DNA of 36,623 bases from a virus, in IMG/VR virus record IMGVR_UViG_3300025849_000002; one strand, written 5' to 3'. The notes under the pieces are model-generated. The model ran no database searches. It was not told the DNA's origin and saw nothing but the letters and a program-made list of their open reading frames with translations. A program made the translations under genes and the position numbers. This document shows, in pieces, positions 15,781 through 23,066 of this stretch (position 1 is the first letter of the stretch; each line of letters opens with the position of its first letter).

Positions 15781-18482
15781 TATCCTCCAATTCGGGTCAT
15801 TTGACGACCGCTGTTTTGATTGCTTATGACAATATCATTGCCATCAATGCGGCTGCCAAAAGCCATGGGGTCACCGCCACCCTGAGCAGACCGGAAACCA
15901 AGGCCACCCGAAAGAAACCCGCTGAGGCCACCATCACCCATAAGCTGAGATGCCGTCGAAGCAAGTCCGGTGGGCGCACCTGCTGCTGTTGTTCCGCCTG
16001 ACAGGAGAGCTAGAATTGCATATAAGGCAATTAAAGAAACTAGCTTACCAATGATTCGAGTGAAGAAGCTTAAGAAAGCATTGCCTAGCTCCTTAAAGAA
16101 GTTAGTGCCTCCTTCAAGTGCAGTGCTAAATGCATTGCCTAGCGCGTTAGCAAAATCCCGGACTACCCGAAGCTGATTGACGGTTGTTTCAGCGGCCTCA
16201 TCAGCGCTTTCCTTGCGCAGCTTACGGATGTCCTCATCCAACTTGTAGTACAGCTCCCGCTGCTCCTGGACACTGAGTTCAGCGTCCTTCACAATATTGT
16301 CTACAGCCTGTCTATGGTCCGCAATTTGATTCTCCAAATCTGAGCGAAGGAACTTGGTATATTCTTCCCTAGCTTTCTTTCTTTTAGCGTTGGCCTGGTC
16401 CTCTTGATCCTCAAAAACCTCACCGGTCAACCTTGTCTCAAGAAGCTCTAGTAGCGGAGCAATCTGATCTGATGAGATACCTAGGTCTGCGGCCTCATCC
16501 GCTATTCCCGCTATTTGCTGTCGAACCCCAATCAGCTTTCTGCCAATGTCACCTGTAGTTAAGCGCTCGAGCTGTAAGTTTAAATCAGCTAAGAAAGAAG
16601 TACGGTCGGCAGCTATGTCAGCCGTTGCAATTGCCCTAAGCGATGCTGCAATACCATCAATCTCATCTCCAGTTCCACCAGCAGCCTTAAGCTGGTCAAC
16701 CAAGTTTTTAATTTTAATATTGACTTCAGCTAGCCTCCTTTGATAATCAGGCAATTGCTGCGCACGAGCTTTAGCAAGTTCATTTTCAGCCCTTAAGAGT
16801 AGTTTGGACCTCTTCTTCGAGTTTTCTACTCCTCGTTTTTCAGCGTCCTCAGCGTCAGCCTGAAGCTTGTTTCCGTCAGCGAAGATTTGGTTCAGCGCTT
16901 TCTGCGATTCAGCGCGTTCTCTGGCTGCTACTATCGCTTTGTCTACTTCAAACCTCTCAAGTCTTAATTGATCTATAGTTCTTGTGCGCTCCACATAAGC
17001 GTCCGCAAGCTCACTTCCAACCGCTGTAAGCGCTTGCGATTTGGTGGCGTTTTCGCCCTCCTCAGCAAGCTTCCGGCCTAACTTTATTGTACCCCGCTGT
17101 AAATCCGTAAGGTCACGAATCTCTTCTCCTAAGGCTGAATAAGTACCCCGTAACCTAGTGATGGCAGCTACTGTTCCATCTACGTCACTAATCTGACTTG
17201 ATGACCTTAAGTCTTGTGAATCTTCTAATAACTGTTTACTTTTTCTAGCTTCTTCTGCTGCAAAACCTACCTCCCCACCAAAATAAGCAGCGGCAGCGGC
17301 GGCAGCCAAAAGAGAAATTACAATTAACCCCGAAGCTGTAGACAAGGCAGCAACTGCAATCGTAAGCTGACCAACAACAAAGGTTAGGCCGGCAATGACA
17401 GGTGTAAGCGCAATGAAAGTACCTAAAAGAGACTTTGTACCAGGGCTAAGAGATGTAAATACCCTTGCAAGACCAACCATAATGTCTCGCAACACCTCTG
17501 TTGCCGGAACTAAAGTTCTACCTAGCTCAATACCTAAGTTTTGAAAGGCGTTCTTGAGCTGTTCAACAGTAAAGAAAAGCTCTCCTTCAAACTCTTCAGA
17601 AAGCCTATTGGCAGCACCACCAGCTAGGTCAAACAAGACTTGTAAGTCCTTTAAGTCACCACCCTGGTCCTGCAAAATAGAGCCGACAACTGCGGCACGG
17701 CTATTAAGAATACCGAGGATTTCTGAGTACTCTAAATTGCCTTCAGTAAATTTAGCAAGGGCAACATTACCGTCACTGTATGATTTAGCTAGCTTATTAA
17801 ACGTAGACCTCAGCTTAGTACCGGCAGTAGAGCCCTTAATAGCTGAATTGGCTAGCAAAGCAAGCAGTGCAACAGAGTCTTCTAAACTTACATTTTGTTG
17901 CTTTAGGATTGGACCAATATTTTTTAGTCCCTCTCGCAACTGAGGAATTGTAAGCGCACTGCTTTGCACAGCCTGAGCATACAAGTCAGTAACCCTTCCT
18001 GCCTGATCAGCCTCTAATCTGAAAATGTTCAGAGCCTCCTTTACCGCTGACGCTGAACCTGCTAAGTCCTCATCAAGAGCACCGGCTAGTGAAGATATAG
18101 CAGGAATAATGTTGCCGATGTCGCGGCCCGAAGTACCGAGCTTCGCAAGTTCTTTTTGCGCCTCAACAATTTGAATGCGCGTAAAGATTGTGCTTTCACC
18201 TAAGCCCCGCGCTTGTTCAGAGAGTTTACGAAAATCAGCCTTGCCTACAAGGGACCGCAACTGAACACTGACCTTGTTAAACTCCGATGCCGTGCTAACT
18301 GCAGCGCCCCCTACCAAAGCAAACGCAAGACCCAATCCCCGGCTGATACTAGAGCCTACTTTCGTGGCCTTTTGACCAAAAGTGACTAACTTACTTTGAG
18401 CAATCTCAGCGTTCTTCATGAACCCTGTGATATCCATCGTTAGGATGGCACTTAGCCGTGAAAACTCTGATATACTCGCCAT
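15780..18482 (-). CDS. tail tape measure protein (900 aa)
   Basis: Follows the G/GT chaperones. Long Ala/Leu/Glu/Lys-rich helical sequence with central hydrophobic segments (LTFVVGQLTIAVAALSTASGLIVISLLAAAAAAAYF). Confidence 0.85.
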   Translation of the reverse strand: MASISEFSRLSAILTMDITGFMKNAEIAQSKLVTFGQKATKVGSSISRGLGLAFALVGGAAVSTASEFNKVSVQLRSLVGKADFRKLSEQARGLGESTIFTRIQIVEAQKELAKLGTSGRDIGNIIPAISSLAGALDEDLAGSASAVKEALNIFRLEADQAGRVTDLYAQAVQSSALTIPQLREGLKNIGPILKQQNVSLEDSVALLALLANSAIKGSTAGTKLRSTFNKLAKSYSDGNVALAKFTEGNLEYSEILGILNSRAAVVGSILQDQGGDLKDLQVLFDLAGGAANRLSEEFEGELFFTVEQLKNAFQNLGIELGRTLVPATEVLRDIMVGLARVFTSLSPGTKSLLGTFIALTPVIAGLTFVVGQLTIAVAALSTASGLIVISLLAAAAAAAYFGGEVGFAAEEARKSKQLLEDSQDLRSSSQISDVDGTVAAITRLRGTYSALGEEIRDLTDLQRGTIKLGRKLAEEGENATKSQALTAVGSELADAYVERTRTIDQLRLERFEVDKAIVAARERAESQKALNQIFADGNKLQADAEDAEKRGVENSKKRSKLLLRAENELAKARAQQLPDYQRRLAEVNIKIKNLVDQLKAAGGTGDEIDGIAASLRAIATADIAADRTSFLADLNLQLERLTTGDIGRKLIGVRQQIAGIADEAADLGISSDQIAPLLELLETRLTGEVFEDQEDQANAKRKKAREEYTKFLRSDLENQIADHRQAVDNIVKDAELSVQEQRELYYKLDEDIRKLRKESADEAAETTVNQLRVVRDFANALGNAFSTALEGGTNFFKELGNAFLSFFTRIIGKLVSLIALYAILALLSGGTTAAGAPTGLASTASQLMGDGGLSGFLSGGLGFRSAQGGGDPMAFGSRIDGNDIVISNQNSGRQMTRIGG

Positions 18483-19140
18483 TAGAACTTCTTTAGTTTA
18501 GCAAACAAGGCTTCGCGTTCTTCTGCAGAACTAACCTTGGTTTCAGCCTCTGAAGTTACATCTAGTAGCGGGTGGAAATCAGCCGGTGAAAACCTCTTGC
18601 CTTTCCCGCTATTTACGTTCGCAAGTAACGCTAGGATAGTTGCTGCCATATCCCACTGACGTGCCAACCTAAAGTCATGTCCGCGAGAATACAGGGAAAA
18701 CTCTCGGAACGTCATGTCCCAAAACTGATCCGGCGTTAACCCTAAAGCCATGCCCCTTTCGTAAAGGGACCACAAGGTTAGCTCTTCAGCGACCTCTTCT
18801 GAGCCCTTGTTTTTTTTTGCTCCTCGTCGCCGCCAAGGGACTCCGTAACAAAGTCCGACATCTCCTCGAACAACCCAGGCTCATCTAAAGCTTGGGCACA
18901 GAAGGTTTCAAAATCAGGGACAGGCTGCTTCTTCCCATGCTTCAGACTGTAGTTCTGAATCCCGTAGTAAACCATACTTGGAACACTATCGAAAGGGTTC
19001 TCGGTAAGGAATGCATCCAACTCACTCAGCTTCAGCTTTTCCTTAGCGCACAGGATGCGAAGGGAATTCATATTAAGCAAAGTGTGGTATGTCTTTGTAC
19101 CTACCTTAAAGGAGTACTCTCCTCGAAATTTATTGTCCAT
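18482..19140 (-). CDS. tail assembly chaperone -1 frameshift product, gpGT-like
   Basis: Hand translation: the -1 frame entered at the A9 run (18818..18810) is open (..KKNKGSEEVAEELTLWSLYERG..) and continues into ORF 18482..18775, whose listed start is only a TTG. Confidence 0.6.
18778..19140 (-). CDS. tail assembly chaperone, gpG-like (120 aa)
   Basis: Lies between the tube protein region and the tape measure. Contains the slippery run 9 codons before its stop. Confidence 0.7.
   Translation of the reverse strand: MDNKFRGEYSFKVGTKTYHTLLNMNSLRILCAKEKLKLSELDAFLTENPFDSVPSMVYYGIQNYSLKHGKKQPVPDFETFCAQALDEPGLFEEMSDFVTESLGGDEEQKKTRAQKRSLKS
18810..18818 (-). promoter_or_regulatory. A9 slippery sequence for -1 programmed frameshift (G CAA AAA AAA ACA)
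   Basis: Nine consecutive T on the + strand (A on the coding strand), containing the A-AAA-AAA heptamer in the gpG frame. Confidence 0.6.
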
Positions 19141-19142
19141 TA

Positions 19143-20114
19143 TTAGGTAATGTCAAACTGAATGTTAAACAGCGTTGCTGCTTCTGCCGTTGAGTCAGCG
19201 TGTTTAATTCTATAACCAAAGTCATACGTTCCATTAGTGCCGCTTACGGGCAGCCTAAAGAAAAGTTGATGGTTCGCAGAAAAAGGAACTGTAGCCCCCC
19301 AAATAGGGGATGCCGAGAAAAAGGCCAGTTCTAGATATGTTCTAACACCACTAGACGACTCAATAAACATCTCTATCGTATTTTGCGTACTACCACTAGT
19401 GGCTTGCTGTCCAACAGTAATGTCAAACTCGTCACCCCAACTCGCCGAGTGATTGGTGGTTTGACCAACACTCAAACTGACCAATCCATCACTAGTCTCA
19501 AAAGCTGTCCAGGTTCTCGGCTTATGCAGGGCTAAACCATTAGTAGTAGCCGCGAAGAAATCAAGGTTGTTGGCTAACTCGCTTCCAGTAGGTTGGCCAA
19601 AATCACCGAACGAGTAGCCAATCATATAGCCTACACTAGTTTCACTAGAGCCATCTGTAACCACCGTCTCCAAGTAAGCGTGATTCGCACTATTATCGTC
19701 AACACTACTGCTATTAGCAAAAATCAAATGACGCTCGTCAGTACCTGGACTAAAACCAGACCAAGTATAATCAACGCTATTACCAACTGAGCCGCTAATT
19801 GTAAACGACTTAGTTTGTACTAATTGCATCGCTTGCCCCATTCCTGGCCACATGTACAACTTAGCTTCGACAGTGTTTCCGTCTACGATATGAGAACCAC
19901 TCAAAGTAAATTGAATGAATGCGTTAGAATCCTGTAAATCAGGCAGAGAATATACCAGTCCATTCGTGTCCTCTACAGATAACGAGCTTGCTGTCTGCAA
20001 ATCAGAAATGGCATGGGTGGAAGTACTAGTGGGTGTTGAGAACGGCAGTTCGTTCTCGACGAAACCGCCACCGCCACCGCCGCCACCACCGCTGCCGCCA
20101 CCGGCGCCTGCCAG
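19143..20114 (-). CDS. Gly-linker plus beta-rich domain, probably a C-terminal extension of tube paralog 20115..20687 (or a TTG-initiated 285-aa protein from 20000)
   Basis: Same frame as the upstream gene. 38 stop-free codons (LAGAGGGSGGGGGGGGGFVENELPFSTPTSTSTHAISD) bridge the TAG to the listed TTG. The first in-frame ATG is 49 codons further in. Confidence 0.55.
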   Translation of the reverse strand: MAGAGGGSGGGGGGGGGFVENELPFSTPTSTSTHAISDLQTASSLSVEDTNGLVYSLPDLQDSNAFIQFTLSGSHIVDGNTVEAKLYMWPGMGQAMQLVQTKSFTISGSVGNSVDYTWSGFSPGTDERHLIFANSSSVDDNSANHAYLETVVTDGSSETSVGYMIGYSFGDFGQPTGSELANNLDFFAATTNGLALHKPRTWTAFETSDGLVSLSVGQTTNHSASWGDEFDITVGQQATSGSTQNTIEMFIESSSGVRTYLELAFFSASPIWGATVPFSANHQLFFRLPVSGTNGTYDFGYRIKHADSTAEAATLFNIQFDIT

Positions 20115-20117
20115 CTA
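20115..20117 (-). promoter_or_regulatory. candidate leaky TAG stop (context GAT TAG CTG)
   Basis: In-frame stop directly followed by a Gly-rich linker-like coding sequence. The next base is C. Confidence 0.4.
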
Positions 20118-20687
20118 ATCTTTAATCAGGCTGTCAACGCCAGAGAAGGTTACCGAGTAAGTTGCAGTTTCATCGACAGCGCCCGTAAGGCTGATGCTGT
20201 CAATAAGGGCAATACCTACGTAAGCCGTTTGGTTGTCCAAGTAGAACCGAACAATAACATACTCACCGTCGTTTGCAATGTCAACGAGGGTACGACCGGT
20301 ATCAGCAAGAACTGACTCAATAAGTCCCTCGGCGGAAACAGTAAAGCTGTTGTCCTTTTCCTGAATCACACCACCCTGACCAGCATCGCGAGCGACGTCG
20401 TTAATCTCATTGGAGATATCCAAGGTGCTGTTCGTGGCTGCAGCTAGGATTGTAAAGGAACTACGTGCCCATGTTCCGCTACCACCTCCGGTATATGATC
20501 CGGCAGCAGTAAATTCACCTGCTGTTGTTTTTACAAGGTAAAAGCCCACCACTAAGGATGCAGTGTTCATTGCGGTCTCAATATCTGCGTCTATCGTGGC
20601 AGAATCGACAAAAATCAAGGGCTTGTCAGTGCTATCTGTGTCAATGTGATAGACCGCAAGGTTATTTGCGTTAAGAATACTAGCCAT
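20115..20687 (-). CDS. major tail (tube) protein, paralog 2 (190 aa)
   Basis: Position upstream of the G/GT chaperones. Clear similarity to 20690..21298 (ILAAATNSTLDISNEINDVARDAGQGG vs LALAATNTSMDVSNTVNEIVARDGAGG; YVIVRF..AYVG..ISLTG..TYSVTFSG vs YVVVKF..VYVG..FSLSG..TYSVTVNG). Confidence 0.65.
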   Translation of the reverse strand: MASILNANNLAVYHIDTDSTDKPLIFVDSATIDADIETAMNTASLVVGFYLVKTTAGEFTAAGSYTGGGSGTWARSSFTILAAATNSTLDISNEINDVARDAGQGGVIQEKDNSFTVSAEGLIESVLADTGRTLVDIANDGEYVIVRFYLDNQTAYVGIALIDSISLTGAVDETATYSVTFSGVDSLIKD

Positions 20688-20689
20688 GA

Positions 20690-21298
20690 TTATGCAGTGT
20701 AATAGTAAAGTTTACCGTATCCGTTAACAGTAACAGAGTAGGTTACATTGTCGTCAAAACCACCAGAAAGAGAGAAGCTTTCGACCAAGCCCTGGCCTAC
20801 GTATACAGTAGAGCTAGTGCTAGTCACGTCAGTATCAAACTTGACAACGACATACTTACTTCCTGAACTAGAAAGAAACATATCCTGAGCATTGTCATTA
20901 CCTGAGTCAGTCAGGAATCCATCCCCTGAAAAACTCCAAGTCTGAGCTCCACTTACGATGTATGTTTCTGAGCCGCCAGCGCCATCACGAGCAACGATTT
21001 CATTCACCGTATTACTTACGTCCATGCTGGTATTGGTGGCAGCAAGGGCAAGGTTGAAATCTGTAACCTCAGTAAAGGTAGTAGGGGTGGCTGACACGCT
21101 TATGATGTTGACGAACTTCCGGAAAACCCCCGTGGTACCGACAAGCATGACGTTATCTCCGGCTGCTGCACCATTAGCCTCAGCGTCGGCGACGGCTAAA
21201 TCATCGGTGCTTCCTGCGCCAACAATGAATGGATTAGTGCTACCTTCTGTCGTGTCCAACACGTAGAGACCGAGTACTTTCGATTTAATAATTGCCAT
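20690..21298 (-). CDS. major tail (tube) protein, paralog 1 (202 aa)
   Basis: See paralog 2. Follows the neck proteins, as expected for a tube protein. Confidence 0.65.
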   Translation of the reverse strand: MAIIKSKVLGLYVLDTTEGSTNPFIVGAGSTDDLAVADAEANGAAAGDNVMLVGTTGVFRKFVNIISVSATPTTFTEVTDFNLALAATNTSMDVSNTVNEIVARDGAGGSETYIVSGAQTWSFSGDGFLTDSGNDNAQDMFLSSSGSKYVVVKFDTDVTSTSSTVYVGQGLVESFSLSGGFDDNVTYSVTVNGYGKLYYYTA

Positions 21299-21304
21299 GT
21301 CGAT

Positions 21305-21787
21305 TTATTTAGGTATAACGCCTTTCTTCCTCAATCTGCGCACTAAGTTCTGCATACCCTTGCGAATCTTCTTCTTTGCCACGGGGATGCCCCTACGGAT
21401 TGCCGGCTGAAGGAAGTAAGCCCCTTGGTGGTTGACCGTACCTAGCTCTGCCCAGTGCGCTCGCCAACCCGCCATCTTAACTATACCACCTTTAGCGCCT
21501 GTAATAGTGCCCTTTTTTATACCCCCGACAAAAACAGATACGTGACCGAACTTCTTCTTCTTAGCCTTCCTAGCGCGGAAGCTTGCCGCCAAAGCACCTG
21601 TAGCGCCAATAGGAGAGCCCTGGCGCATATCGGCAGCCATAGGTTCACCCGCCCTTTTTAAGATTAGGTAAAGCTCTTTCTGTCTCTGCTCTAACGAAAC
21701 GTATTTACGCAGTAGGGTAGGTAGCGGGTCTTTACGACTCGTGCCCTTGATAATAAATGCAGTAGACTTTCTTCCTAGTTGAGCCAT
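21305..21787 (-). CDS. HK97 gp10-like neck/tail-attachment protein
   Basis: Position and the segment WRAHWAELGTVNHQGAYFLQPA, which resembles the gp10-family A-x-x-EFGT...PF-x-x-PA motif. Confidence 0.55.
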   Translation of the reverse strand: MAQLGRKSTAFIIKGTSRKDPLPTLLRKYVSLEQRQKELYLILKRAGEPMAADMRQGSPIGATGALAASFRARKAKKKKFGHVSVFVGGIKKGTITGAKGGIVKMAGWRAHWAELGTVNHQGAYFLQPAIRRGIPVAKKKIRKGMQNLVRRLRKKGVIPK

Positions 21788-22146
21788 TAGTCAGCAGGGT
21801 TAGAGTCATTGGTGTTATCGCGGCGACGAGCTCGGATACGTACCCCCTCGCGGCGACCGATAGGTAGTATGCTGTATACGTTAAAGCGACCGCCATTGTA
21901 CATGATGATGTCGCTGAATTCAATGCCAGAAAGGTAGCGGCACTTAAACTCAATCTTCATTTCGCCAACGCGCTGATCGTCGTCCGTAAACTCTGAAGCA
22001 CCAGCGGAAGGTGTACCCATGTGGACTACCATGCAGCGGACATTGCCATATCGCAACGTCTCCGTTTCTACCCAGTCACCATATGTATTCACATTCTGTG
22101 CGACAGAGTAGATGCTGAACTTATCGTGTAAGTCACCGGCCCGCAT
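21787..22146 (-). CDS. head closure / head-tail joining protein (SPP1 gp16-like)
   Basis: 119 aa. Pattern YGDWVE..., CRYLSGIEFSDIIMYNGGRFNVYSI typical of the family. TAATG/TGATG coupling. Confidence 0.55.
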   Translation of the reverse strand: MRAGDLHDKFSIYSVAQNVNTYGDWVETETLRYGNVRCMVVHMGTPSAGASEFTDDDQRVGEMKIEFKCRYLSGIEFSDIIMYNGGRFNVYSILPIGRREGVRIRARRRDNTNDSNPAD

Positions 22147-23066
22147 CAGTATTGCCTTACACTAGATACCAAGCGCCGGACGCCCTCCTTTACCTCCGTG
22201 GTAATACCGCCTACTATTTCTGCCTCGCGCATGTTGTAGTAGTGACCAATCAACAATAAGGCCGCCTGGACATACTGCTTCGGTAGAGAACCTAAAGCGG
22301 TACCGCAGCTGACGCGCAACCTGAAACTCATTTTCTCCCCTCCCTCACTAAGCTGCTGGCATAGCTCACTGTAATCAAACTGACTTGGGTACTGGTCAGT
22401 CATGGCAGTATGCTTGAATAAAGTGCCGTTGTTTATCGCGAAGTAGGAGCTACTCGTATGCGTATGGTCACCAGTGACTGTCCCGTCAATACGGTATAGT
22501 CCCGCCTGAAGGTTTTGAAACGTATGGACTGTATAGCCGCCCGAGCCGCTAGCTGTATCTACCTGAACATACTGCTCAGTATGCCAATTATAGCGGCTTA
22601 AAGTATGTGTGATAGCCGAAGGTGTGTCGCTAGTGTCAGTGACTAATTGCTGCACATCAACGGAAGTATTAAAGACATCAACGTCAACAACCCTGTTTAC
22701 TGCGGTACCGCCTGTAAAAGAGAGTTGAACAAAGTGGTGACCGTGGACCTCATCGTCGGGCACTACCGGAATGTGCTTCGTAAATACACCATTTTCAAAA
22801 TACTCCAAAGACAATACAGAAGTAATGCCCTGAAGCTTTTGAATGCGAAAAGGTGCCCTGAACTCAGAGTAGTCCAGGAGCACCTTCGCAGTAGATAGAC
22901 CGAGAACTCGGTCGGAAAGATTTTGCAGATAGTCTACCGCAGCATCGCGATAGATATCTAGCAGGTCATCTTCAGATTCATCAATCGCACGAACGTGAGC
23001 CCGCATGGTAACGGAGCTCACGAACGTGTCGTCTATAGGCGATGTGCGATTGACTTCATAGAACAT
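22146..23066 (-). CDS. gp6-like head-tail connector (adaptor) with a large internal insertion
   Basis: The N-terminus (DDLLDIYRDAAVDYLQNLSDRVL) and C-terminus (AALLLIGHYYNMREA...VRRLVSSVRQY) look like a roughly 100-aa adaptor, split by about 170 extra residues. Confidence 0.5.
   Translation of the reverse strand: MFYEVNRTSPIDDTFVSSVTMRAHVRAIDESEDDLLDIYRDAAVDYLQNLSDRVLGLSTAKVLLDYSEFRAPFRIQKLQGITSVLSLEYFENGVFTKHIPVVPDDEVHGHHFVQLSFTGGTAVNRVVDVDVFNTSVDVQQLVTDTSDTPSAITHTLSRYNWHTEQYVQVDTASGSGGYTVHTFQNLQAGLYRIDGTVTGDHTHTSSSYFAINNGTLFKHTAMTDQYPSQFDYSELCQQLSEGGEKMSFRLRVSCGTALGSLPKQYVQAALLLIGHYYNMREAEIVGGITTEVKEGVRRLVSSVRQY

Noticed and set aside
19915-20118. + strand ORF ending in a poly-Pro run
   Set aside because: It is the antisense reading of the GGN-rich Gly linker on the - strand.
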